Virus record (IMG/VR): IMGVR_UViG_3300037991_005890
Span: 1-32,890 of that record
DNA: 32,890 nucleotides
DNA from: a virus
Lineage: Duplodnaviria; Caudoviricetes
Strand: one strand, 5' to 3'
Shown: positions 18,576-28,939 of the stretch, piece by piece
Layout: every line of letters starts with the position of its first letter
Numbering within the stretch: the first letter of the stretch is position 1
The notes under the pieces: generated by a model
What the model was told of the DNA's origin: nothing
The model's database searches: none
The model's input: the letters and a program-made list of their open reading frames with translations, nothing else
Position numbers and translations under genes: made by a program

Positions 18576-20411
18576 CTAGCTCGTTTTTACTATATTCGCT
18601 TGTACAAATGATGGACCATCATCATATACAACAATTTGGTTTTGACCTGGTGATGAGAATGATTCGTTTGCTGCTACGCCAGATATTTTAATAAAGTCAC
18701 TACCACCTATAATACTATCAACTGTTAGTCCTACTATAGAGACAATACCTGTAGATGGAAAATATTCTCCTACATTATCTACTAAGACTGTACTATCATC
18801 AAGTGCGATTAGTTGTAATTTATAACTGTCTAGTTTATTTTGTATTCTAACCTTTACGCCATTAGAAAAGAATCCAGTTGACGTGATTGTCGGTTCTTCA
18901 TCATTAGGTTCAGCTATTGGTGAAGCATATCGTAATGTAGTCGATTCAGATCTACCTAAGAAAGGGACATATCTTTTTTGCACTTTAAGATTAGCACGAG
19001 AAGAAAGCACTGATGGATCTACTTCGTCTACTAATGCTAATAAATTAGAACGTCTGTATGATTGCTCGAATAGACCAGTATTATTAGCAAAGTAATTATC
19101 TGTCGCAAATTCAACACGATTCTGAATTTCTTGTATAGAAGAAGATGTAAACTTAGGATTAAACTGAAAAAATACTGAAGTTTCTAGATACGTTATATCT
19201 GGGTCTTGGAACTTTACATCGAATGTGATGACTTGTAATTGTCTTGCAAGTGCTGTAATATCGCCTTTTGTCTTGTCAATAGTATCTTGTGTTACATCAT
19301 CTTTAAATACTACTGATAAAAAGACAACACCATATTCTTTACGAACAGCATCTTCACCGCCATATGCCTGAATATCTTTTATAAGATAACCAAAGTTACG
19401 TTTAATAAGCGAAGCATAATCAGCAGCTGTAACCATACGGTTTTGAGATGCATATGAGAACGGTGCATTCTTACGTATAGATTCAGTTGTTTCGACAACA
19501 GAACCTGAAACGGCTTTACTTGCAGTCGTTACACTTAAGTTAAAAGATGTATTACCAGCTGCACCCGGCACTTGTATTTGCGATATAGGAGTAAATGAAT
19601 TAGCACCATTAGCATCAGGCCCACTTGTTGAAAGATATTCTACAACAACTCTATTACCAGGTTCAGGTGCTTTACCTAATGTAAAACCGTCACCAAAAGA
19701 TAATTCATAAAATCCATTAGGTGTTTCTCTCAAAATATAAACTTTAGACTGATCATCGATAGTATCAGCTTCTTTTAAATCTGTATATGTTGTAAAGCTA
19801 GTGCTTGTTAAATCAGTAAACACGCTTACAAATGCTGTTGTTGTATCAATATTTTTATCAGGTATTACATAAACAGAATCAGGAGAATCTCCGCTCACAA
19901 TAAATGTTTTTGTTGTATTAGTACCTTCTTTAATTGTAATATCTTCTCTATCTAGCAAATCTTTGAAAACATATAGGCCATTGCCATTATCTTGAGCTGT
20001 AATTGTACCTATTGTTTCAAATGTATATGCTACATCATCCACAGTCGTACTAAATTTAGTTCCGCGCTGCAATGATAAAAATGATGGTCGACCTGCAAGA
20101 TTACCTGTATTGACTGATATATTAACTGTGGCAGTTGGTGCAGTTCTAGAAGCAGGCATATAACCTATGGCTTCGGCAAGTGAGACGACTGATGATCTAA
20201 GTTGCGCTGTAGTCAAATACGATTCATTTAATGCCATATTAGCAATCAATGCATTATAATGTGTGTTATATGCTAATACATCTAAAAGAGCAGAAAGACC
20301 AGAACCCTCATAGTTATAGTCTTGAAACTCTGGATTATTTTGTAGAGCTATCTTTAGATTGTTTTTTATGTTTGTAAAATCTAAATCTGTGGATCGTATA
20401 GTAGTCGCCAT
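18576..20411 (-). CDS. gp6: baseplate wedge subunit gp6
   Basis: DLDF...DYNYEGSGLS.LLDVLAYNTHY, TAQLRSSVVS, FGDG..G and QNRMVTAADY motifs. Confidence 0.92.
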   Translation of the reverse strand: MATTIRSTDLDFTNIKNNLKIALQNNPEFQDYNYEGSGLSALLDVLAYNTHYNALIANMALNESYLTTAQLRSSVVSLAEAIGYMPASRTAPTATVNISVNTGNLAGRPSFLSLQRGTKFSTTVDDVAYTFETIGTITAQDNGNGLYVFKDLLDREDITIKEGTNTTKTFIVSGDSPDSVYVIPDKNIDTTTAFVSVFTDLTSTSFTTYTDLKEADTIDDQSKVYILRETPNGFYELSFGDGFTLGKAPEPGNRVVVEYLSTSGPDANGANSFTPISQIQVPGAAGNTSFNLSVTTASKAVSGSVVETTESIRKNAPFSYASQNRMVTAADYASLIKRNFGYLIKDIQAYGGEDAVRKEYGVVFLSVVFKDDVTQDTIDKTKGDITALARQLQVITFDVKFQDPDITYLETSVFFQFNPKFTSSSIQEIQNRVEFATDNYFANNTGLFEQSYRRSNLLALVDEVDPSVLSSRANLKVQKRYVPFLGRSESTTLRYASPIAEPNDEEPTITSTGFFSNGVKVRIQNKLDSYKLQLIALDDSTVLVDNVGEYFPSTGIVSIVGLTVDSIIGGSDFIKISGVAANESFSSPGQNQIVVYDDGPSFVQANIVKTS

Positions 20412-20849
20412 TTATCTTAACCTCGATACATTAGTTTCTAATTCAACAACTTCTCCTGTAGATAAAACTCTAAACGTAACAAATACTTTTAATGTATTTG
20501 CATCAGGATTTTCGTTTACTAAAATGTTTAATACTCTGGCCCTTGGTTCGTATCTATTAATTGAGCTTGTTATCTGGTCTTTGATGTTTTCTTGTTCTAA
20601 AGCATTTGAAAGTTCAAATAACATTCCAGTAATATTAGCGCCGTATTCCATATCAAATGGTTTTTCAGTCGTATTAGTAGAAACTATATTTTTTACAGAT
20701 TGCTTTACTGCATCTGCTTCTGTTTTTTTGTAGATATCTCCACTAGGTTTCTTTTCAAACAGCAAGTGAATATCTGAATACTTTTTCTCTCTCGATGTAA
20801 GTATCGAACTTGATAAGTTTCCATCTTCTATTGATAATATTCTTGCCAT
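20412..20849 (-). CDS. gp25: baseplate wedge subunit gp25
   Basis: AVKQSVKNIV.T...EKPF...YG...LFE and I..YEPR motifs. Confidence 0.92.
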   Translation of the reverse strand: MARILSIEDGNLSSSILTSREKKYSDIHLLFEKKPSGDIYKKTEADAVKQSVKNIVSTNTTEKPFDMEYGANITGMLFELSNALEQENIKDQITSSINRYEPRARVLNILVNENPDANTLKVFVTFRVLSTGEVVELETNVSRLR

Positions 20850-20866
20850 CTTAAACCTTTTTCATC

Positions 20867-20874
20867 TATTTATA
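20867..20874 (-). promoter_or_regulatory. T4-type late promoter TATAAATA for gp25-gp6-gp7
   Basis: Exact match overlapping the stop codon of the upstream gene, followed by an AAGGT SD. Confidence 0.75.
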
Positions 20875-22864
20875 ACTGTATTTCGACTAAAGCATCATTA
20901 GATTGCACGTTATTATTGAACACAGTTTGCACATTACGTGCAAATTTAATACCATTATATGATTTTATATCAGGAACTTCAATTATTATTTGCGTATTAA
21001 GTTCTCCACTAGGATCGTAAGTATCGTAGTCTAGAATAAGTTTATCGAATGTACCTGCATCACTCCATATTTTAGCTAGTTCGAAAGTAGCTTCGTGATC
21101 TACTTTACCTTTTTGATCTCTAAGTTCAAATACTACTGCGCGGCCTTTTGATCTCATATCTAAAGTGCTATTTGGTGTGAGTACTTCAGTTTGTCTTTTT
21201 TCTAAAGATCCTATACCATATTTTTCTGTTGCATAATAACCTTCAACAACTATTAACGAATTATTTTCTAATTCTGTAGGATGAAGATTACTATTAGAAA
21301 CTAGTTTCATTAATTCACTTATTACGAAATAGTTTTTAGCTATTTGTTGTTTATCAGCATTTGGTAACTTATTAAATTCTCCATGATCATCGAAACCTAC
21401 GAACTTACCTATAGATGTGTCATGATTAATCAATGTGTTTTGGTTAATTGTGCCAGACATATTACTTTTGAATCTTGCCTCAGGTGCGATATTGAATTTA
21501 AGTTTTAGTTGCGGAGATTTATATTTTTGCACTATAGCTAATTGCTCAACTTGACCCATAGTATTGAGACCTCTTCTCTCTTGAGGCTGATTAGTTAAGA
21601 CTATAGAACCATATGATGATGGCACGTTATTAGCATAATTTGCATTTAGAACACCAGAAGCAATTTGATATGCTGTCCATTCACTAAAGTCTCTATTATT
21701 CTTATCTCTCATCTTAGCACGAACTTCTTCTTTAGAATATTTACGTGTTAAAAGCTGATTCTTAAGATAGTCATCAATATCAATATGAACTTTACGTATA
21801 CCACGATCTCCAACAGTAAGATAAGAATTAGTCATGCCTTCGGTTGGATTCGCAGTAGCGGTATGAGTAATACTACCTGAGCCACTTCCGCCGCCACTTC
21901 CATCGAATAATAAAGTACCTACTGAATTGAATATGCTGATTCCTCCTCCACCGCCTAAGATATCTGCAGTTGTTGCATGATCAGCAGTGCCTTTTAGATT
22001 GCCATGGAATGATGATCCATAATGTACCGTAGTACCTCCACCTATCGTACCTCTATTACCGGCTACGGCAATATCTGTTGCCACAATATTAATATCAGGA
22101 GAAGACAGGTTAATCTGTTCTTCAGATGTGAATATACTTGGACCCTTTGATACTATTTCTTGTGACCCTTCGGTTACTACTACCAGATCCCCTTTTGTGA
22201 CAAGAGTTTGCGTACCCAAAGTAACGTTCGTAGTATTGCCTGCAATACTTTGTACAAACGTACCTGAAACCGAATTACCATAATTTCCAAATATATTCGT
22301 CGACGAATTATTGTCAATCTGTTCGGTTTTACTGCCTCGAGCATGGACATTATAGTCTCTACAATTAACATTAAAATCACCTGTTACATTAAGATTTAAA
22401 TTACCTTTATAAGTTAGGTTTGCTTCACCTTCTACAATTACTTCATTACTACCATGACATACTTCTACTTTGTTCTTTGTAGATACAACTAACACTGTGC
22501 CATCTGGTCTCAGTTCTATACCAGCACCTGTTTTATGTTTGATGAGTACACGCTCACCCGCAGGTGTATCATTTAACTCTATTACGTGGCCTGAAGCTGT
22601 TTCTCTTATATCTGCTTTACCATAATATGTTTCAACAGATGGCTCTAGATCAAGACTAACGTCAGCTACTGATCCACCAATTGATAACTGATGGACTCCG
22701 CCACCTCTTGCTCCTTGATTGATAGATGACTGATTATTATTTTCTTTGCGTGGATACTCATTATTAGGATCTACAAATGCTTTAGTATTAGTGCCCTGAG
22801 TGTCAGCTTTACCTTGACCTAATCTTAAGATTCTATCTAAATAATTATCGTTTCTAGTTGTCAT
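20870..22864 (-). CDS. gp5 C-terminal part (spike beta-helix) with a C-terminal probably degenerate peptidase-M15-like domain
   Basis: ETASGHVIELNDTPAGERV..KHKTG followed by V.G...L.V.G beta-helix repeats, a Gly-rich linker, and C-terminal VVEGYY...KGRAVVFEL...FDKLILDYD. Confidence 0.75.
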   Translation of the reverse strand: MTTRNDNYLDRILRLGQGKADTQGTNTKAFVDPNNEYPRKENNNQSSINQGARGGGVHQLSIGGSVADVSLDLEPSVETYYGKADIRETASGHVIELNDTPAGERVLIKHKTGAGIELRPDGTVLVVSTKNKVEVCHGSNEVIVEGEANLTYKGNLNLNVTGDFNVNCRDYNVHARGSKTEQIDNNSSTNIFGNYGNSVSGTFVQSIAGNTTNVTLGTQTLVTKGDLVVVTEGSQEIVSKGPSIFTSEEQINLSSPDINIVATDIAVAGNRGTIGGGTTVHYGSSFHGNLKGTADHATTADILGGGGGISIFNSVGTLLFDGSGGGSGSGSITHTATANPTEGMTNSYLTVGDRGIRKVHIDIDDYLKNQLLTRKYSKEEVRAKMRDKNNRDFSEWTAYQIASGVLNANYANNVPSSYGSIVLTNQPQERRGLNTMGQVEQLAIVQKYKSPQLKLKFNIAPEARFKSNMSGTINQNTLINHDTSIGKFVGFDDHGEFNKLPNADKQQIAKNYFVISELMKLVSNSNLHPTELENNSLIVVEGYYATEKYGIGSLEKRQTEVLTPNSTLDMRSKGRAVVFELRDQKGKVDHEATFELAKIWSDAGTFDKLILDYDTYDPSGELNTQIIIEVPDIKSYNGIKFARNVQTVFNNNVQSNDALVEIQL

Positions 22865-24330
22865 ATCAAATTTTCTCCAGTCGTACTTCTTACAAAATCA
22901 GCTAATTGCTCAAACGATAAAGAAGATCCCTCAAAATCACCTCTTAACACAATATTTTCTTTATTAAACTTTTGCTTTACAAATTTTTGAACGTTAAAGC
23001 CTGGATCTGTATTCATGTCACTAACATCATTATGACCCCATGCTTGGCCCGCAGGTAACACTGTATAAAATGCTTCACAAAACATATCAAATGTAGTCCA
23101 CTGTGATTGTGTAAAACTTTCTGATGATAAGAACCTATCTGGATTCTTTGTACCTATGGAACAGTTATATCCGCCTACAAATGCAATACCTATAGAATAT
23201 TGATTATGATTAAATTCAGGTGCATGATCACCAATAATATTAAGCGGTCGACCTCTTTGCAGAATGCCGGATCGCGTAATAATATAATGATAACCTATTC
23301 CTGTATAACCTTTATCTAAATGCCACTCATGTATATCTTCAGCTGTCAAGTTTTGATTTTTAAATGACTCTGTCCAGTGCACAACAAATTCTGTAAAATC
23401 TCTAGAAGTATTTCTTAATTCAGCAATTAATTCTTCTTTTGTTCCGATCACATCGAATCTATAAGAACCAGAAGTCGGAGTATTTTCTGATAACCATAGT
23501 CTTTCTTGTGAAGTTAATTCATAAGCTGGTACGGTTTTGTTTCCGACAAGCTTCTTAGTTTGCGGATCTACTACGTTACTTTGTGATACAGGTACTTCAT
23601 TTAATTTCTTCTCTATTTCAGCTGCTGATTGATTTGAATTTTTCTCTAATAGCCTTACAGCTTCTACTTTTCTATTGCCAAGTAATAATCCAACCACTGT
23701 TTGAGTTAGTGTATTTGATATATTGGGAACTATTGAATTTAGTATAGGAAATATGCCATTTTGTATATTGAGTATACAATTACCTAAAAGAGAATTAGTA
23801 TTGTTACCTATTAAATTATTAATTGACAAATTAAAATCGTTAATAGAATTAGAAAATCCAGTCCGTGCAACTCCGCCTTCATTCAATACTATATCAATAT
23901 CTAAGACTATTGGCTTTGCGTCGTCTACTGCAATAGATTTTAATTCATTTCTATATTGAAATGCATTACGATCAGTTACTGTAGCAAGTGATTGACCTAC
24001 TGCTTGTGGCGAACCTGATCCTATTACTTTATTCAATCGACCTGGTTGTGATCGTGTACCAGTAATAAGATTAATATCTGAATCATCTGAATCGTTCACA
24101 CTCGTTGCTGGTAGTATTGTATCAAGTTGTGCAATAGAAGGAGCAACATTAATATTAGAAATACTCTTGATACCACTAATTGTCTGATCACTCTCAAGTA
24201 GAGATTCAGATTGCAGTTTAGTTGCATTTGCAGCCTGCAGTGCCTTTTCTCCAACAATAATAAAGTTAGAGTTCTTAAATGCAGTCAACAATCTTAGATT
24301 CACATCTGACTTATCAATTTCCGTACTCAT
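22861..24330 (-). CDS. N-acetylmuramoyl-L-alanine amidase (Amidase_2, T7-lysozyme/AmpD type) with long N-terminal region
   Basis: VVHWT, IHEWH, GIGYHYII, GR..., GDHA, NQYSIGIAFVGG and GHND...DPGF (His/His/Asp Zn set). Confidence 0.85.
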   Translation of the reverse strand: MSTEIDKSDVNLRLLTAFKNSNFIIVGEKALQAANATKLQSESLLESDQTISGIKSISNINVAPSIAQLDTILPATSVNDSDDSDINLITGTRSQPGRLNKVIGSGSPQAVGQSLATVTDRNAFQYRNELKSIAVDDAKPIVLDIDIVLNEGGVARTGFSNSINDFNLSINNLIGNNTNSLLGNCILNIQNGIFPILNSIVPNISNTLTQTVVGLLLGNRKVEAVRLLEKNSNQSAAEIEKKLNEVPVSQSNVVDPQTKKLVGNKTVPAYELTSQERLWLSENTPTSGSYRFDVIGTKEELIAELRNTSRDFTEFVVHWTESFKNQNLTAEDIHEWHLDKGYTGIGYHYIITRSGILQRGRPLNIIGDHAPEFNHNQYSIGIAFVGGYNCSIGTKNPDRFLSSESFTQSQWTTFDMFCEAFYTVLPAGQAWGHNDVSDMNTDPGFNVQKFVKQKFNKENIVLRGDFEGSSLSFEQLADFVRSTTGENLI

Positions 24331-25232
24331 CCATACGTCTCCAGAGTTTGTTTAGCAAATCTAATTCTACCTGGTAAATCTGCTTCTGCTTTACCAGGTC
24401 TTTCATATCCATCTAGAAAAAGCTTTGTTGCTAATGTAATGTTGTGTGATGTAACCACGTCTGTATAATTATAAAAACCAGGCCTTTGTGATTTAAAGTC
24501 CCAATGAAAAAACCGTAATTGAGTTAATAAAGCTTCATCATCTACTGGTCCACGAGCTTCCCATCGTAATCTTCTATCATTAGCCCATGCTTCTAGCTCT
24601 TGTTTTCTCAAGGCCTTCTTTGATGGATTCCATTGAGCTATGCCATATGACTCTGACTTTGGGTTTACAGCATTAGGCCTAATACCTTGACGTTCTCCCT
24701 GAGATTCTTTCATAAAATTACCAATAATAGCAGATGCCGGGATAGGCCTATATCCATTACTAATTAAGAAGTTAAACGCTTTTTCTACATTACCACTTCC
24801 AACTAATCCTTTATCATATGCAGTTGTGCCTTTACTAGGTGCTTCAGTACTTGTTTTAGTATTAGGTACATTTTGTGTTTGTACTTCTGGAGCATCATTG
24901 TTTTTAGTGGTATTTTGTTCTGTATCTAATGATTCTATTCTTGGCAAAGAACCTAAAACCATAGGTTGCTGCGATATATGACCATCAGTAAACATACCAA
25001 AGACCATTGCACCAGGTTTTATATTTGAGTTTCTACCTAATCCACTTACGCCATCTTCTGTTGTTGGCGTCATAGTAGTAGCCCATGGTAATGATGATTC
25101 TGGTACTTCATCTGTATTATCACTATGTACGCCATAAATTCGTACACGAACTCGACCTAAATGTAATGGATCTGAGGTGCATTCACAGATTCCTACAAAC
25201 CATCTTACTACATCTCCGTAAAATCTATTCAT
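24327..25232 (-). CDS. gp5: gp5 N-terminal OB domain fused to a phage tail lysozyme domain
   Basis: WFVG...DPLHLGRVRVRIYGVH...LPWA...VFGMF.DG...QQPMVLG (gp5 OB), then AIIGNFMKES...GIAQW...QL.F...YERP (tail lysozyme). Confidence 0.85.
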   Translation of the reverse strand: MNRFYGDVVRWFVGICECTSDPLHLGRVRVRIYGVHSDNTDEVPESSLPWATTMTPTTEDGVSGLGRNSNIKPGAMVFGMFTDGHISQQPMVLGSLPRIESLDTEQNTTKNNDAPEVQTQNVPNTKTSTEAPSKGTTAYDKGLVGSGNVEKAFNFLISNGYRPIPASAIIGNFMKESQGERQGIRPNAVNPKSESYGIAQWNPSKKALRKQELEAWANDRRLRWEARGPVDDEALLTQLRFFHWDFKSQRPGFYNYTDVVTSHNITLATKLFLDGYERPGKAEADLPGRIRFAKQTLETYG

Positions 25233-26527
25233 GTGCTTGTATACCCTATAGGACTAACTGCGATAGTAGTATCTGTTTGATCTGTAAGCTTACTGCATGT
25301 TAAGCCCATCGAATATTTATTATCTACAAAAACATGTTTATTCTGCAAAACAATATAAGGTCCGCTTGCTACTTCGTCTAATTCACCTGCATTGTGCCGT
25401 GGTTTATTAATAAGTATTTGCTCACCAATAAATACTTTTCCGTCATCAAAATAGTTTAATACTCCGGCTAATGTAATATTAATTTTTTTCTTTTCTAAGG
25501 CTTCAATCAGAGAAGCCGCTTTCATTTTATTTACATGTTTCTCAATGTCTGCTTCATCGTGATAACCTAATTCTTCTGAAGTAGTATAATTTACGAGTCT
25601 GTATATAACATTAGGGTTATACTCATTTAATGGTTTATCTTGAATTGTTAAATCTTTATTGAATATAGAATTTTCTTTTGCATCTAACACTTCTGTAATA
25701 TTAAATCTATTAAAATCATTTCTCTTACTTGTACTTAGATTTAAAACATTATATTGATTCTGTACAGCTCCCTTTAATATTAATTCGGCTGTATCATTAG
25801 CTCCTACCTCTTCGTAAAATTCTATATTAGTTAATTGCTTTTCTGCATCAGCATTATAATTCTGTGCTGTACTATATGTAAATGGTATTGCATTTATGGG
25901 TTCATTTTCTATAATCTCAGATAAACTTTTCATTCTAATTGCATCGTCATTCATTGATGCATAAACAAAGAATGGATATCCATTCGTATCACAAGATCTA
26001 AGTCTTATAGTTTCTATAATATTTAAAGGTGAAATGAATGGAGAAATATAAGTAAATGGTGCTTGAGCAGCTTCTTTACCTATTAGGTTTAGCTCTTTGT
26101 TAAATTCACTTGATAATACATTTTTAATTATATTGTTTGGTTTACCCTCATATGTACGAGAAACTTTTTTTAGTATATCAATAAAAAATGTATCTTCAGA
26201 AATATAAAAATTATATGCATGCCCTGATTCACCGATCTGCACTTTACCTATTGTACGAGTAATTATAAAATTTCGTATAAATGTATACTCAAATTCTGGA
26301 GATACAATCTGTAACCTAAGTCTTTCAGTTCCATCCATCCTTAATTCTTGAAACAATCCCTGAGTATCTGCACAAAGCATCTTACCCGTTAAGTAAGGCA
26401 AATCAATAGATTCATATAATACTAATTCTAAAATTGATAAACTAATATCAATTTCAATATCCCGTTCTGGGATACTTAATATTACATCTCTAAACTCATA
26501 TTCACTTTGTGAAGATACTTGTGGCAT
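25229..26527 (-). CDS. baseplate hub protein (gp27-like)
   Basis: YESI...LTG....D..G...GTE N-terminus and SG.Y.V...H C-terminus; lies between gp53 and gp5. Confidence 0.65.
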   Translation of the reverse strand: MPQVSSQSEYEFRDVILSIPERDIEIDISLSILELVLYESIDLPYLTGKMLCADTQGLFQELRMDGTERLRLQIVSPEFEYTFIRNFIITRTIGKVQIGESGHAYNFYISEDTFFIDILKKVSRTYEGKPNNIIKNVLSSEFNKELNLIGKEAAQAPFTYISPFISPLNIIETIRLRSCDTNGYPFFVYASMNDDAIRMKSLSEIIENEPINAIPFTYSTAQNYNADAEKQLTNIEFYEEVGANDTAELILKGAVQNQYNVLNLSTSKRNDFNRFNITEVLDAKENSIFNKDLTIQDKPLNEYNPNVIYRLVNYTTSEELGYHDEADIEKHVNKMKAASLIEALEKKKINITLAGVLNYFDDGKVFIGEQILINKPRHNAGELDEVASGPYIVLQNKHVFVDNKYSMGLTCSKLTDQTDTTIAVSPIGYTST

Positions 26528-27258
26528 TATTTTAGTGCTTTATTGAATTCTGAATATATTTGGCTTATTACATCAGGCTTTATTATTCTTATTCGTTTAC
26601 GTTTTTCATTTTCGTCAAGAAACCGTTCAGCAAATGTAATAGGTGTTACTAAAGATGGTGCCTCTTGTAAAGGATCAATATCTACATACTTGCCATCTGC
26701 GTCTTCATAATGGTGTACTGCTTCATATTGTGGACCTGTAGTTTGTATATTAAACGTATCTGGATTAAAGAAACCAAACCCTGCTTCTACAACTTCAGAT
26801 TTCTGAAATTTTAAACCATTTTCTACTTTTACTATAATCTGACCCAGATCAGGATGTGTTTGTGCAATCTCTCCAAATGCACCACTCTTTTTACCAGTAG
26901 CACGATTGCCTATTTTAAAATCACTATTAAACCAATTAGCATATGTTCTGATAAATTGATTAGGATAATACTTTTTTATTTGCTCGAATGCTTCATTAGC
27001 TGTTAATGGCCAACCTTGTTCTCTGATATGATCATTAACATAAAAGAATAACCAATAATATCTTATGTCATCATATATTTTATGTGATAAGATATCTGGT
27101 CTTTCGCCATCTAAGACAGTATAATCAGCATATGCTGTAATATCATCTTTAACCTGATCGATAATATCTACATATGTACCAAGCTTTTGAAAAATTACAG
27201 GCTCTATTTCGTTGCCGAAATTATATAATACATACGGAAATTTAGAAAAATGACTCAT
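26527..27258 (-). CDS. gp53: baseplate wedge subunit gp53
   Basis: HFSKFP.V.Y, DGERPDILSHKIY...YYW....N...WP, VHHYED and NEKRKRIRIIKP motifs. Confidence 0.88.
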   Translation of the reverse strand: MSHFSKFPYVLYNFGNEIEPVIFQKLGTYVDIIDQVKDDITAYADYTVLDGERPDILSHKIYDDIRYYWLFFYVNDHIREQGWPLTANEAFEQIKKYYPNQFIRTYANWFNSDFKIGNRATGKKSGAFGEIAQTHPDLGQIIVKVENGLKFQKSEVVEAGFGFFNPDTFNIQTTGPQYEAVHHYEDADGKYVDIDPLQEAPSLVTPITFAERFLDENEKRKRIRIIKPDVISQIYSEFNKALK

Positions 27259-28403
27259 TTGCCTCTGTTCCTCAAACTAAATTCTTCTGGCCTGATAGGG
27301 CCTCTTCTCATATATTCTCTTTCTTTAATAATATCATTTTTATTTAACGGTCGATATTCGATAAATTTTATGTTCAATGTAGCATCATGAAACTTACCGT
27401 TGTCATAGTATGACATGCCGCTTGTGTTATATGTAACATCTACTGATTGTAAGTATGCAGGTAAAAATCTAGTGACGAGTGGAACGATTTCTTCAAACCT
27501 ACCATCTTCATCTATTTTATGATAGTAAGCACGAATCTTCATTAAATTAGGAAATCTATATGCCATTGAAATTCCGTTAGCGCCTAACTCTTCAGGCAAT
27601 TGTTCCATTCTAAAAAAGTCTATGATGTTTTCTATTTCAACGGATTCTTTTTCGCTTGTTGGTATTAGTTGAAAAGAAAAGTTCCATTCTCTAATATTCA
27701 CTTGTTTGAAGATTGATCTTGTGTTTGGACTAATTTGTATACGAGTTGCGTTTTGCACACCTAAACCGGCTTGTGTATTAAGGCGACTAGCAATCTTATT
27801 TGCCATCAGAGATCCCAATTCTGCGCCAGCATTGCCAGATACAAAGTCTATAGCTCCACCTATTCCAGCTTGAACAGCTTTGTTTGCTAATCCTGTTAAT
27901 GTAGCATTGCCGCCTGCAATAACACTGCTAATAGATCCACCTATAACACCTAGACTTTCTGGTCCTACAGAAACGTTTTCCATTTGCTGAACTGTCATAG
28001 GCATATATAGACAGGCTCTTTGCATTTGTGTTACACCAAAATCATCATCATATGTCATAGGTTCTATACTTTTGATTTCTTTATTTCTATGATTAGCAAT
28101 CACTTTATTATAATCTTCAGACTGTTTAAGAATATCAGGATCATCAGGAGCTAAACCTGCAAAGTTCGTTAACGCATCTAACCCTTTTTCAGCTAAACCT
28201 TTGACAGTATCTACTAATTTATCACCAGCATTAAAAATAGCTAAATCTGTACCTGCAAATTTACTTATAGTTTGACCACTCACTTTTAATGGAACAAATT
28301 GTATAGAGGCTCTGTACTGCGTATCAGACATTCCATCATACATACCTAATGGAAATTGATGAATGAACGGATTGCCTTCAGTGATATTAAGATTTAATGT
28401 CAT
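27255..28403 (-). CDS. gp48: baseplate tail-tube cap gp48-like
   Basis: LYMP, PN....F.....R..NFSF.L.P.S..ES..I..II.FFR, YRFP, L..VDV.Y and L..KF.E motifs. Confidence 0.8.
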   Translation of the reverse strand: MTLNLNITEGNPFIHQFPLGMYDGMSDTQYRASIQFVPLKVSGQTISKFAGTDLAIFNAGDKLVDTVKGLAEKGLDALTNFAGLAPDDPDILKQSEDYNKVIANHRNKEIKSIEPMTYDDDFGVTQMQRACLYMPMTVQQMENVSVGPESLGVIGGSISSVIAGGNATLTGLANKAVQAGIGGAIDFVSGNAGAELGSLMANKIASRLNTQAGLGVQNATRIQISPNTRSIFKQVNIREWNFSFQLIPTSEKESVEIENIIDFFRMEQLPEELGANGISMAYRFPNLMKIRAYYHKIDEDGRFEEIVPLVTRFLPAYLQSVDVTYNTSGMSYYDNGKFHDATLNIKFIEYRPLNKNDIIKEREYMRRGPIRPEEFSLRNRGK

Positions 28404-28412
28404 GTTGTTACC

Positions 28413-28420
28413 TATAAATA
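28413..28420 (+). promoter_or_regulatory. T4-type late promoter TATAAATA for gp4
   Basis: Exact match in the divergent gap 28404-28448. Confidence 0.8.
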
Positions 28421-28431
28421 AACATTTACAC

Positions 28432-28439
28432 TATTTATA
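28432..28439 (-). promoter_or_regulatory. T4-type late promoter TATAAATA for gp48-gp53-hub-gp5
   Basis: Exact match in the divergent gap; AGGT SD before ATG 28403. Confidence 0.8.
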
Positions 28440-28448
28440 ACAATTTTC

Positions 28449-28931
28449 ATGGCGTACTCTGGAAAATTCAAACCTAAAAATCCTAAGAAGTATAAGGGTG
28501 ATTATACCAATATCGTATTTAGATCGATGTGGGAGAAATATTGTTTTAAATGGTGTGACGATAATAAAGATGTAAAGTCTTGGTCTAGTGAAGAGACTGT
28601 GATACCATACCTATATGAAGTAGATAAAAAGTATCATCGATACTTTATGGACCTGAAGATTACATTTAAATCAGGCCAGACAATCTTAGTAGAGATTAAA
28701 CCATCAAATCAGACCGTACCTCCCGTGTACCCGGGTAGGAAGACAAAGAGATATATTAACGAAGGTCTGACATATGTAAAGAATCAAAACAAATGGAAAG
28801 CTGCACAGCGATATGCAAAGGATAGAGGATACACATTTCAGATATGGACTGAGCATACTCTTGAAAAGATGGGCATTATGCCAAAATCTAGTAAACCACT
28901 TAAACCTTACAAACGTAAAAAATCTGTATAA
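28449..28931 (+). CDS. gp4: head completion nuclease gp4
   Basis: MAYSGKFKPKNPKKYKGD...RSMWE...WSSEE..IPY...HRYFMD...VEIKP...NQNKWKAA...TE. Confidence 0.93.
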   Translation: MAYSGKFKPKNPKKYKGDYTNIVFRSMWEKYCFKWCDDNKDVKSWSSEETVIPYLYEVDKKYHRYFMDLKITFKSGQTILVEIKPSNQTVPPVYPGRKTKRYINEGLTYVKNQNKWKAAQRYAKDRGYTFQIWTEHTLEKMGIMPKSSKPLKPYKRKKSV

Positions 28932-28934
28932 ATA
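28927..28934 (+). promoter_or_regulatory. T4-type late promoter TATAAATA for gp2
   Basis: Exact match overlapping the gp4 stop, 5 nt before ATG 28940. Confidence 0.7.
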
Positions 28935-28939
28935 GATGC

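Noticed and set aside
7902-25303. Antisense or alternate-frame ORFs over structural genes (e.g. 11589..11939, 12501..12860, 15512..15946, 16676..17005, 20359..20733)
   Set aside because: Shadow ORFs expected from the codon bias of well-supported genes; no SD or motifs.
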